From Pseudomonadota bacterium (GTDB lineage: Bacteria > Desulfobacterota > Desulfobacteria > Desulfobacterales > JBDRRP01), in assembly GCA_043825735.1 (NCBI GenBank), contig JBDRRP010000145.1, forward strand, positions 62,001 to 84,024: a stretch of DNA of 22,024 bases, read 5' to 3'. A program made the translations under genes and the position numbers. The notes below the pieces were generated by a model. The model worked only from the letters and a program-made list of their open reading frames with translations, was not told the DNA's origin and did not search any database. Below are positions 8,714-19,600 of the stretch, one piece after another (within the stretch, counting starts at the first letter, position 1; every line of letters begins with the position of its first letter).

Positions 8714-9038
8714 TTGAACCACGAAGTGCACGGCACGGCATCACCACGACAAAAACATTTTCTCGCGCAGAGACGCAGGGGCGCAGAGAACTTCATGAAC
8801 AAATTGCAAGAGAGCAGCGGATAGTACTACAGCGCAAAAATTTGAGGATGTAGGGGCGGGGTTTACCCCCGCCCGTGTTGCAATCATAGGAAATGGTTTC
8901 CGGCAGCAGTATTCTCTTTCCAATACTCCCGCACCGACGGGAATATAAACTGCGGAGCACACTACGTTCACAAAGAGATCTGGTTTTCATGGCAGCGGCC
9001 CTTCCCTCTTCGTGTCCTTCGTGATCTTCGTGGTTCAA
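8714..9038. repeat. Nested inverted-repeat/REP-like patchwork filling the parE-parC spacer
   Basis: Perfect 13-bp inverted repeat TTGAACCACGAAG (8714-8726) / CTTCGTGGTTCAA (9026-9038). It encloses CGCAGAGA-type tandem units and a GTAG-headed hairpin GTAGGGGCGGGGTTTACCCCCGCCC (8850-8874). Confidence 0.7.
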
Positions 9039-9063
9039 TTATAATCAGCAGCAAGGCATCCCC

Positions 9064-11337
9064 ATGAGCACCACCGACACCACGATCTTAGAAGGCATTG
9101 AAGAGCTCCCCCTGGAGCAGTTTACCGAGAAGGCCTATCTCGAATACGCCACCTACGTCATTCTGGACCGGGCCCTGCCGTTCATCGGCGACGGCCTCAA
9201 GCCGGTACAGCGCCGGATCGTCTATGCCATGAGCGAGCTGGGGCTGCGGGCCACGAGCAAGCATAAAAAAAGCGCCCGCACCGTGGGTGACGTCCTGGGC
9301 AAGTTCCACCCCCACGGCGACAGCGCGTGCTACGAGGCCATGGTGCTCATGGCCCAGCCCTTCTCCTACCGATACCCGCTCATCGACGGCCAGGGCAACT
9401 GGGGCTCGCCCGACGACCCCAAGAGCTTTGCCGCCATGCGCTACACCGAATCGCGCCTGTCGCGCTACGCCGCCACGCTGCTCAGCGAACTGGATCAGGG
9501 CACCGTCACGTGGGAGCCCAATTTCGACGGCACTCTGAAAGAGCCCGCCAGCCTGCCGGCGCGGCTTCCCAACGTGCTTTTGAACGGCACTACCGGCATC
9601 GCCGTGGGCATGGCCACCGACATCCCGCCCCACAATCTTCGGGAAGTGGCGGCCGCCTGCATCCATCTTCTGGACAATCCGGCCGCCGACACCACCGCAC
9701 TGTGCGAGATCGTCAAGGGACCGGATTACCCCACCCAGGCCGAAGTGATCACGCCAAGAGAAGAACTCGAGGAGATGTACCGCACGGGCCACGGCAGCCT
9801 GCGTATGCGCGCGGCCTACTACCGGGAGAACGGGGACATCGTGGTCACGGCGCTGCCCCACCAGGTGTCGGGCAACCGGGTGCTGGAGCAGATCGCCCAG
9901 CAGATGCAGGCCAAAAAGCTGCCCATGGTGGTGGACTTGAGAGACGAGTCCGACCACGAGGACCCCATCCGCATCGTCATCGTGCCCCGCTCCAATCGCG
10001 TGGACATGGACGGGCTCATGAGTCATCTATTCGCCACCACCGATCTGGAAAAATCCTACCGGGTGAACCTCAACGTCATCGGCGTCAACGGCAAGCCCCA
10101 GGTGAAAGGGCTTGCCGCGATCCTGGGCGAATGGCTGGAGTTCAGAAAGCAGACGGTCCGCAATCGGCTCGAACACCGCCTGACCAAGGTCATTGACCGG
10201 CTCCACATCCTGGACGGCCTGCTCATCGCGTTTTTGAACATCGACGAGGTCATCGCCATCATCCGCCGCGAAGACGTGCCAAAACCGGTCCTCATGGCCC
10301 GGTTCGGGCTGAGCGACATCCAGGCCGAGGCCATCCTGGAATTGAAACTGCGGTTTCTCGCCAAGCTGGAGGAAGTAAAGATCCGGTCAGAGCAGGCGGC
10401 GCTGGCCGAAGAGCGCGAGCGCCTGGAAAAAATTCTCAACTCTCCGGCGCGTCTGAAGACCCTCATCCGAAAAGAGCTCGAAACCGATGCCGAGGCCTAC
10501 GGCGACGATCGCCGCTCACCCATCAAGGCCCGGCCCGAGGCCCAGGCCATGACCGAGCTCGACCTCATGCCCGTGGAGCCCGTAACGGTAATCCTATCCC
10601 AAAAAGGGTGGATCCGGTCGGCCAAAGGCCACGACATCGCCCCGGAGAGCCTGGCCTATAAATCCGGCGACGGCTTTTTCGCCGCCGCCCACGGCCGCAG
10701 CAACCAGTTTGCGATCTTTATCGACACCACCGGCCGCAGCTATTCGCTGGCGGCCCACTCGCTGCCCTCGGCCCGCAGCCAGGGCGAGCCGCTCAGCGGG
10801 CGCATTCAGATGCCCGGCGGGGCCACGGCCATGGCCGTTCTGTGCGGCCCGCCCGAGCAGCAGGTGCTCCTGGCCAGCGATGCCGGCTACGGATTCGTGG
10901 TGGCCCTTTCCGATCTGCACTCCAAAAACCGCAGCGGCAAGGCGATGCTCACGCTTCCCCCGGGAGCCCTGCCCCTGCCGCCGGTAGCCGTCGGCGATCT
11001 GGGGACCGATCTTCTGGTGTCCATCACCACCGAAGGACGCATGCTGGTATTTCCCCTGTCCGAGTTGCCCGAGCTGGCCAAGGGCAAGGGCAACAAGATC
11101 ATCAACATCCCCTCGGTGAAGGCCCGGCGCCGGGAGGAGCTGGTCACCCACCTCTTCATCCTGCCGGCCGACCACCAGCTCGTGGTCACCGCCGGCAAGC
11201 GCTTCATCAACCTGCGCCCCGGAAACCTCGCCGACTTTGCCGGCAAACGCGGCCAGCGCGGCAAAAAGCTCCCCCGCGGCTTTCAGAACGTCACCGGCCT
11301 GGAGGCCCAGCCGCTCACCCAGCGAAGCCTGATTTAG
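9064..11337 (+). CDS. parC: DNA topoisomerase IV subunit A
   Basis: [44 protein letters not shown], catalytic AAMRYTE; 757 aa, no GyrA box, ParC-like C-terminal end. Confidence 0.97.
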   Translation: MSTTDTTILEGIEELPLEQFTEKAYLEYATYVILDRALPFIGDGLKPVQRRIVYAMSELGLRATSKHKKSARTVGDVLGKFHPHGDSACYEAMVLMAQPFSYRYPLIDGQGNWGSPDDPKSFAAMRYTESRLSRYAATLLSELDQGTVTWEPNFDGTLKEPASLPARLPNVLLNGTTGIAVGMATDIPPHNLREVAAACIHLLDNPAADTTALCEIVKGPDYPTQAEVITPREELEEMYRTGHGSLRMRAAYYRENGDIVVTALPHQVSGNRVLEQIAQQMQAKKLPMVVDLRDESDHEDPIRIVIVPRSNRVDMDGLMSHLFATTDLEKSYRVNLNVIGVNGKPQVKGLAAILGEWLEFRKQTVRNRLEHRLTKVIDRLHILDGLLIAFLNIDEVIAIIRREDVPKPVLMARFGLSDIQAEAILELKLRFLAKLEEVKIRSEQAALAEERERLEKILNSPARLKTLIRKELETDAEAYGDDRRSPIKARPEAQAMTELDLMPVEPVTVILSQKGWIRSAKGHDIAPESLAYKSGDGFFAAAHGRSNQFAIFIDTTGRSYSLAAHSLPSARSQGEPLSGRIQMPGGATAMAVLCGPPEQQVLLASDAGYGFVVALSDLHSKNRSGKAMLTLPPGALPLPPVAVGDLGTDLLVSITTEGRMLVFPLSELPELAKGKGNKIINIPSVKARRREELVTHLFILPADHQLVVTAGKRFINLRPGNLADFAGKRGQRGKKLPRGFQNVTGLEAQPLTQRSLI

Positions 11338-11574
11338 CTATCGCTCGCGAGAAGTCTTCGATGGCTTTTCTATTGTCTTCGATAGGGGCAGCTCCGATTC
11401 GAGCGGCCCCGATATCAGTCGCTTCTATCCGGTGCCTGTCAAGGTAGTTGTCGCATGAAGTCATATCAGTCATCTCTTGTGGTTTCCTTTTTCATGCGCT
11501 CCTCATGCACCTGTTATCCAAACACTTTCATCTGTCATCCCGGCGAAATAGGCGGTGTCGCAGTACCAAGAACC

Positions 11575-11607
11575 GTCATCCCGAACGAGTGAAACGAGAT
11601 CCGGGAT
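11575..11607. repeat. REP-like palindrome GTCATCCCG...CGGGAT
   Basis: GTCATCCCGAACGAGTGAAACGAGATCCGGGAT forms an ATCCCG/CGGGAT stem; a second GTCATCCCG start lies about 40 bp upstream. Confidence 0.45.
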
Positions 11608-11995
11608 AAAAAATATCACTTGACTTGCGCACGGAGTTTTGTTCATCTGCTGAAGCTTTTCACTCCCAGTCTCGGTGAACTGGAACCCTGAAGGGGCGAA
11701 GTGGTCGGTTCCATCACTGAAGCAGCGGCAGTCAGACATCAATCGGGCGAACGATAGACGTTTCGGGCAAACGGGTACCGCCGGAACCGGCAGGCACCAC
11801 GATTCTATAGGTGCGCCGGCTTTCAGGTCCGCCGGCACCAGGAATAACCTGCGCGATCGGGCGAATGCTCAGCAACGGTCCGTATTTTCAACGGACATGG
11901 GCAACGCACCGTTTTCGAAGCTTCTTGCAAACGATTTCGACTCCCAGCATGAACCGCAAGCACTGTCGCAACCATGAACACGCCGAGGGCTTTAT

Positions 11996-12444
11996 ATGAA
12001 ACAGTTAAACCGATCCGTATCTGAACCCATGCCATCCGCAGTTGCACGTCAATCAAGAAGGCGGCCCGCTTTTTTCATGCATAGATGCACATCGGTAGGA
12101 ATACTTTTGTTGCTGCTGGCGGTCGGCTTTCCGTCGCTGGCATTCGGGGCCAGCGGAAATATTACCCAGTCAATCGGCACCGATGCGAATGGTAAAATCA
12201 CGAGCATCAACATTCAGGCGGTGCTGCTTTCCGATGCGACAAGCTCTTACGAATCAGGCGCTTACGGCGGATGCGCTTGTTACACCTATGCAAAAGCGCG
12301 CTATTTGCTGGACGGGGGCTATACCGGCCGTGAGTACCAGTGTGAATGGGGGTGGATGAATAATGCATATGGACAATATGATGATCTTGGCCAAACAAGA
12401 GGCATTTATTCGGTCAATCGATTCCAGTCAAATCAATATTGGAA
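11996..12444 (+). pseudogene. 5' fragment of the IS-interrupted Rhs gene (signal peptide plus start of the N-terminal domain)
   Basis: GAGGG RBS before ATG 11996 (alternative ATG 12077). Hydrophobic h-region GILLLLLAVGFPSLAFG-A. The frame runs into the IS at YWN and resumes in frame after the right TSD. Confidence 0.85.
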
Positions 12445-13517
12445 TCTGGTTATGCAGTTGTCTCAAGTAACCTTTGGTTGTGACCGTATCTGTCACAGCT
12501 ATCGACTATGCTGGCCTGCACATACGAAAGGAGGCCAGCATGAGCCCGATCCAAGTTTTCGAAGATTTCCCGAAAACCCAAAAAGAGTTCGACAAGCGAT
12601 TTAATGACGAAGAAGCCTGTTATGATTATCTTTTCAAGCTTCGGTGGCCTACTGGCTATTGGTGTCCGAAATGCGGGAACTACGCTTACTGGAAGAGCCG
12701 ACGGGGTCTTTTTATCTGCTGCCGATGCGAACACCATCAGTCGGTGACGGCCGGAACCATTTTGCACCGGACCCAAAAACCACTGACCTTGTGGTTCAAG
12801 GCGATGTGGTGGTTTACCACGCGAAAATCGGGAATCAACGCCGTTACCCTTCAAAGCTTGCTTGGTTTTGGCAGTTACCACACTGCTTGGAGCTGGTTGC
12901 AAAAACTTCGCTGCTGTACGATCCGCCAAGGCAGAGAAAAGCTTTCTGGCCAGGTTGAGGCAGATGAATTTTACCTTGGTGGCCAACATACCGGCAAAAG
13001 GGGCCGCGGGTCCGAAAACAAGTGCGCTGTAGCGATTGCTGTGGAAAGAAAAGGGAAAAAGTTGGGCCGGTTGCGGCTTAAAGTCATCGAAAACTGCAGC
13101 GGCGAAAAGTTGCTTCCGTTCGTCAAAGAAAATGTTCAAGTTAGCAGTGCTGTGACCACTGACGGATGGCCAGGCTATAGCGGCCTTGAGAAAGAAAAAT
13201 ACGTGCACAAACAGGTGACTCGGTGCAAAACCGATAATAAGGACAGCGTTCTGCCAGGAGTGCATCTTGTCATCTCTCTCTTAAAGCGGTTGATGCTGGG
13301 AACACACCAAGGCCGATTTGAAGAAAAATACCTACAGCGCTATTTGGACGAGTACGTTTTTCGCTTCAACCGTCGGCAAACGAAGTCAGTAGGCAAACGG
13401 TTCTGGCGCATCGCCCAGCAAATAGCAGTTTCCTCGCCGGTGGCTATACGCCAGATACTCAGCGGTTGCCCTCCGATGCTGGCAAATTAGTCAACTTGAG
13501 GCAACTGCATAACCAGG
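12445..13517 (+). mobile_element. IS1595-family insertion sequence (probably ISSod11-like subgroup), 1073 bp
   Basis: TIRs TCTGGTTATGCAGTTGTCTCAAGT (12445-12468) and ACTTGAGGCAACTGCATAACCAGG (13494-13517) match at 22/24. 8-bp TSD TATTGGAA at 12437-12444 and 13518-13525. Confidence 0.93.
12540..13490 (+). CDS. IS1595-family DDE transposase (316 aa)
   Basis: AAGGAGG RBS before ATG 12540. Zn-ribbon (CPKC..CCRC), HTH region, VEADEFYLGG, TTDG, H..K, YLDEYVFRFNRR. Confidence 0.95.
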   Translation: MSPIQVFEDFPKTQKEFDKRFNDEEACYDYLFKLRWPTGYWCPKCGNYAYWKSRRGLFICCRCEHHQSVTAGTILHRTQKPLTLWFKAMWWFTTRKSGINAVTLQSLLGFGSYHTAWSWLQKLRCCTIRQGREKLSGQVEADEFYLGGQHTGKRGRGSENKCAVAIAVERKGKKLGRLRLKVIENCSGEKLLPFVKENVQVSSAVTTDGWPGYSGLEKEKYVHKQVTRCKTDNKDSVLPGVHLVISLLKRLMLGTHQGRFEEKYLQRYLDEYVFRFNRRQTKSVGKRFWRIAQQIAVSSPVAIRQILSGCPPMLAN

Positions 13518-13664
13518 TATTGGAATTATTATCCCGGCCCGGGTTATCACGTCGCCACTTTTCAGATAGTCGATAGCTACCAGGATGGCCCAAACGGTAG
13601 AACCAGCGGCGTCATTGCCGAAATCAACATTCCCTTCTACGTAGACGCCAGCGGAAACCAGTTC

Positions 13665-16600
13665 ATGCGCCTCAATGAGAGCGCCAATCAGGGATGCGGC
13701 GAATGCAGCGGCACCATCAGCCCGCTGCTCAAGGGCAACCCGACCAACAGTGCAACGGGCAACAAATACGAGGCCGCCACGGACGTGTCGCTGCCAAGTC
13801 TCGGGTATCCCTTGTCCTTCAGGCGTTCCTACAACAGCCGATCCACTGTGGACGGCCCGCTGGGTTTCGGGTGGACCCATTCATACAATACCGCGCTGCA
13901 GGTCGTCGACGGAGACCACGTGGCCGTTCTTCGCGGCGACGGCGGAATGACCCCCTACGCCCGCGATGCCACCAATGTATACAGGGCCGCCTATGGTCCG
14001 AGCGCCGGCATTACAAAAACCTTCGACGCCACGGTGTTTACCGGGTGGGAATTGAATCGCTCCGACGGTATCCGAAATGTTTTCGACACCAGCGGCAAAC
14101 TGGTGAGCATTGTATCCAAGGGGCTGACCACGTCGCTGACCTATGATGCGAACGGCCGGCTGAGCACTGTCACCGATACCGGGTCGGGTCGAACGTTGTC
14201 GCTTGCCTATACCGCCGAGGGACGCATCGACGCCATCACCGGGCCGGTGACCGGGGCCGTCCCAAGCGGCAAGTATGTCGACTACGATTACGATGCGAAC
14301 GGCAACCTCACCGATGTGGTCTATGCCGACGGCAGCGGTTTTGTTTACGCCTATGCCGACCCCGGCGACGTTCACAACCTGACCCAAAAATCGGACCGCT
14401 CCGGACACACCCTGACCACCTGGAATTACGACGCATCGGACCGGGTCATTGCCAGCTACAGCCGGGATTTGGGTGCCATTTCCTTTGACTATGTCAACGC
14501 CAGGCAGACCGTCATCACGGACGGCTACGGCAAGCAGGTCACCCAATCCATCATCATAAAAGACGGCAAGGCGCTGGCATCCACTGTCACGGGCGATGCG
14601 GCCTGCACCTCGGGTTGCGGTCAAACAGGACCGGTGCGCTATGCCTATGACGACCACCACCGGTTCACCGAAAAGGAATATGCCGACGGCCGGATCATCA
14701 GATACGGCAATTTCGACAGTCGCGGCAATGCGCAGACGGTGATCGAGGCTTTCGGAACGCCGGAGGAAAGAACCCTTCTTTACACCTACCATCCCGTTTT
14801 GAACGCTCCGCGCAGTGTCACCCGTGGGTCGGTCATGGGCAGCGGGGATGCCGCAATCATTTACGATTATGACGACGACGGCAATGACACGCCCAACGAG
14901 GCGCCGACCCAATTGGTGCACCGGATGATCCGCCGGGGGAACACCCGCGACCTTTCCGGAACGGTTGCCGCCTCCGAGCAGGTAACGGTGCTTTCCTACA
15001 ATGCAAAAGGGCAGCCGGTGCTTGTGGACGGCCCGCGGGATGGGGTGGCGGATACCGTCGAATTCACCTATGACCCGGCTACCGGGGATCTTTTGAGCGT
15101 CGTATCGGCCGGTGCGTTCACGACGACCTATGCGGACTACGACGCCGCCGGCAGGCCCGGCACCATCACCGATATGAACGGTGACGTCCACGCCTACACC
15201 TATGACGGCCGCGGCCGTGTGCTGACGGTGACCCGCACGGCCGACGGCAGCAGGACGTCTTTTGTCTACAACGCCGATGGCGAAATCGAAACGGTCACAC
15301 TGCCGGGCGGCGCGACGACGCAGTTTACTTACGACAGCGCCTACGGCCGGCTGGTCGAGATGGCCGATGCCGCCGGAAACCGGCTGGCATACGATTACGA
15401 CGCCAATGGCAACCGGTCGGATGTGGGCGCCTATGATGCCGAGGACTCCCGGTCCTACTGGATGCGATACGTTTACGACGGTCCCGGAAACCCCGGGAAA
15501 CTGGCGAGACAAATCAACCCGGACGACACCTTCACCGCGTATGCCTACAACGCCGTGGGCAAGGTCGCCACCGTCACTGACCCCAATGGCAAGGAAACGC
15601 TCGTCGACTACGACATTTTGGGAAGAACCTCCCATGTGACCCAGCCCGGAAGCGTCGTTACCGCTTACAGTTATGATGCCCACGACAACCTCACCTCGGT
15701 GACCGATGCCGAAGGCCAGGTTACCAGCTATGTCTTCGACGACTTCGGCCGCGTGGTGGAAGAAGTCTCCGCCGATGCCGGCACCACCCGCTACGCTTTT
15801 GATGCCGCCGGCAACATGACCGCAAAGACCGATGCGCTCGGCATCACCACCACTTACACCTACGATGCCCTGAGCCGGCTTACCGGCATCCATTTCCCGG
15901 ATGCTTCCCAGGATGTCATTTACACCTACGACGAAGGGGTAAACGGCGTCGGGCACCTCACCGGCATGAGTGATCCTTCGGGAAGCGTTGTCTATCGTTA
16001 CGACGCGCAGGGGCGCCTGAGCGCAGAGGAAAGAACCATCGACGGGCTGACCTATACCACGGCCTACGGTTTTGATGCCGCCGGCATCCTGACGTCCATG
16101 ACCTATCCGGACGGCCGCACTGTGAACTACATCCCCGATGCCGCAGGGCGCATCACCGAGGTCACCACTACGGTGGACGGGGTAACGACCACCCTGGCCT
16201 CGAACATCGGCTACCTGCCTTTCGGCCCCTTGAAGCAGATGACGCTGGGCAGCGGCACCGTCGTGGGCAAAACCTTCGACGAGGCCTACCGCCTCACCCA
16301 TCTGACCGCCGGCAGCCACATGGACCGCGCTTACGGCATGGACGCTATAGGCAACATCACCGCCATCACCGACGCCCTCGATCCCACCCGTAGCCAGAGC
16401 TTCGGTTACGACGATCTTTACCGACTCACCAATGCCACGGGCATCTACGGCGCCATCGGCTATACTTACGACAAGGTGGGAGGCCGTCTCACCCGCACCG
16501 AAAACGGGGAGACCGACACCTACGCCTATGTCACCGGCACCCACCGGCTGGACAGCGTCAGCGGCGTGAGCCCCATGCAGTTCGCCTACGACGCCAACGG

Positions 16601-19600
16601 CAGCACCACGGCAATGGGCGATCGCAGTCTCATCTACAACCAGAACAAGCGCCTCATCCAGGTCGTGGAGAGCGCCGCAAGCCTCGGCGAGTATGTCTAT
16701 AACGGCAACGGGCAGCGGGTGAAGAAAACCGCCAATGGCGAGACCACGGTCTTTCACTGGGACCAGCTTGGCAACGTCATCGGCGAGTCCGACACGGCCG
16801 GTAATTTCAGCGCGGCCTATGTCTATCTGGGAAGCGCCCGCGTGGCGGCCATCCGCGCGTCCGGCGCTACGCCCACCGACATCGCGGTTCAGGTGGCCAC
16901 CGACGAAGGGCGCACCCTTTCAGGTGTGAAAGTCTATGCCTTCACCGAGGCGGGTTCCTATACCGGCAAAAACGCCGTCACCGGTCCCGATGGAACCGCT
17001 ATTTTCACTGCGGCAGATTTTTCTGACGGCCGGTACAAATTCCGCGCCGATTACCTGGGAGACCAGTTCTGGTCGGCGGCGGCAGCCATCCCGGGCACCT
17101 ACAACATCCCGATAGACATCCCCGAAGAGGCCACCGCGGTTCTGGTCACACAGGCCGGCGTGCCGGTATCGGGCGTGAAGGTCTATCTTTTCAGCGATTC
17201 CGGTTCCTATCTGGGCCAGTACCAGGTCACCGACGCCGACGGCCGGGTGACGTTCGTTCTGCCCGAAGGCCAAGGGTATCAATTCCGGGCCGATCTTTTG
17301 GGGGGCCGGTATTTCTCGGGAGTGGTGACCATCGCAGCCGGCCAGAGCGTTCCCGTCTCAGTGGACACCGGCGGCGGCATGCTGTCCTTCACGCTTCAAA
17401 AAGCGGCAGGGCTGCCCATGGCCGGGGTGAAGACCTATCTTTTCTCCGAAGCAGGAAGTTATCTCGGGATCTCGATCACCACCGATGCCGACGGCAAAGC
17501 GGGTTACCCGGTTTCTTCGGGAAGCTATAAAATCCGTGCCGACTACCTGGGCTATCAGTACTGGTCGGATGCGGTGGTCGTGGCCAGCGATACGGCCGCA
17601 GCCCTCACCCTGCCCCATGAGGACGTCACCGTCACCGTGGCCGGCGACAATGCCGGCGACATCGAAGCGCGAAGCGGGGTAAAGGTATATCTTTTCACAG
17701 CGGCCGGCAGCTATCAGGGCATCAATGCCACAACCGACGAAAACGGTCTGACCGTCTTCAGCCTGCCGGCGTCCGAATACAAAGTGCGTGCCGATTATCT
17801 GGGCCGGCAGTTCTGGTCGGAGACGTTCACCCAGGCAGATGCCGCCGTCACCATCCCCGAAGGCGATGTGGACATCATGGTGACCCGGCTGAACGCGCCT
17901 CTGGACGGTGTGCCGGTCTATGTCTTCAGCGCCGCCGGCAGTTATCTGGGCCTAAGTGGCGCCAGCGACGCAGGGTCTCCAATATCGTTCCGTCTGCCCG
18001 CAGGCAATTACAACTTTAGGGCCGACTATCTGGGCAGCCGGTATTTCAGCGGCAACACCACCCTGATCGCAGATCAGGTGAACCCGGTCACCGTCTCCAC
18101 CGGCGGCGGCAATTTTACGCTCACCGTCCAGGAGACAGACGGCGTGCCCATGGCCGGGGTGAAGTGTTACCTGTTTTCGGCGGCCGGCGCCTATCTCGGC
18201 CATCAGGCCGCCACCAGCGCAGCCGGTGAGGCGCCCTTCGATCTGGCGGACGGCGGCTACAAGATCCGGGTCGACACCCTGGGCTACCAGTACTGGTCGC
18301 CGGTGTTCTCGGTGCCGGCAGAGTCCGCACTCGTTTATGACATCCCGCATCAGGACGTGGCCATCACCGTCCAGACCGATGACGGCTCAGCCACGACGCC
18401 GGCCGCCGGTGTAAAAACCTATCTTTTCACCGAGGCCGGCAGCTACCAGAATGTTTCCATTACAACAGACGAAAGCGGACTGGCGATCTACCATCTGCCG
18501 GCAAACGCCTACAAGATCCGCGCTGATTACGTGTCGCAGCAGTATTGGTCCGAGGCTACGATCCAGGAAGACAAGACAGTCACCATTGCCCAGGGCATCG
18601 CCCGCGTGCAGGTGAGCCAGGGGGCCAGCCCTATCGAAAACGTCAAAGTTTACGCATTCACCACCACCGGTTCTTATCTTGGTTTAAATTGCACCACGGA
18701 CGCCTCAGGCGAGGCCGTGTTCACCCTGCCCGAGGGCAGCTACAAGTTCCGCGCCGATCACCAGGGCAGCCAGTTCTGGGCCACGGCCACGGTAACGGCA
18801 GGCGTTGACACTCCGATCGTGCTTTCCACCGGCGGCGGGATATTCGCCCTAACCGTCCAGACCGATGCCGGAGCGCCTCTCACCAACGTGCCGGTTTACG
18901 TGTTTTCAACCAGCGGCAGCTATCTTGGCATCAACGCCGCCACCGACGAAAACGGCATCGTCCGGTTCGATCTTGCCGATGGCGGCTACATGTTCCTCGC
19001 CGACTATCTGGGCTACCAGCACTGGAGCAACATCTGCACCGTTCCGGGCATGCTCTCCGATGTATTGAGTCTGCCGCACACCGATGTGACGGTCACCGTA
19101 AACGAGGTTTACGGAACCGACAGCGATCCGCTCTCCGGCGTAAAGGTCTATCTGTTCACGGCATCCGGCGCCTACCAGAGCGTAAATGCCACCACCGATG
19201 CCGACGGGCAGGTATCGTTCACGCTTCCCAACCAGAATTACAAAGTTCGAGCGGACTATCTGGGCCGGCAGTTCTGGTCCGAGGTATTCAACGGGGCAAG
19301 TGAAGTGGCCGTTGACATTGCCCATGGCTATGCCGACATCCACGTCACCGATCTCGGCGCTGATGTGCAAGGCGCTTCCGTTTATCTCTTTACCGAGACG
19401 GGTTCCTACCTGAGCCGCATGCAGCCAACAGATGCGGCTGGCACCGTATCATTTATCGTACCGGCCGGCGCCTACAAGTTCAGGGTGGATCACGGCGGCA
19501 GTCAGTACTGGTCCGATGTCGTGAATGTGCTTGCAGACGAAGTCACACCGATCGAGATGGCCCTGGACCTTCTGGCCCTGGACGACACACTCAACCCGCA

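Noticed and set aside
6813..11337. gyrB/gyrA assignment
   Set aside because: The lengths, the missing GyrA box and the ParE/ParC-specific motifs indicate topoisomerase IV.
11315..11473. 52-aa minus-strand ORF containing TPR-like KAIEDFSRAI
   Set aside because: Too short, overlaps the parC stop and has only half a motif; at most a gene remnant.
11619..11647. Sigma-70 promoter (TTGACT-17 bp-TCATCT) for the Rhs gene
   Set aside because: The -10 match is weak and it lies about 350 bp from the start; unsupported without TSS data.
11760..11860. c-di-GMP-I riboswitch upstream of the Rhs gene (GGGCAAAC seed)
   Set aside because: The GNRA-capped stem and the following GCAAA/receptor elements are not identifiable; an Infernal/Rfam search would be needed.
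12053..12076. Tat signal (SRRRPAFF)
   Set aside because: Does not fit S/T-R-R-x-F-L-K spacing; a Sec signal is the simpler reading, though Tat is not formally excluded.
11996..12604. Standalone 202-aa protein
   Set aside because: Its last ~50 residues are read-through into the IS; the true continuation lies after 13525.
13881..16757. 958-aa minus-strand ORF
   Set aside because: Antisense shadow of the GC-rich Rhs YD region; no recognisable motifs.
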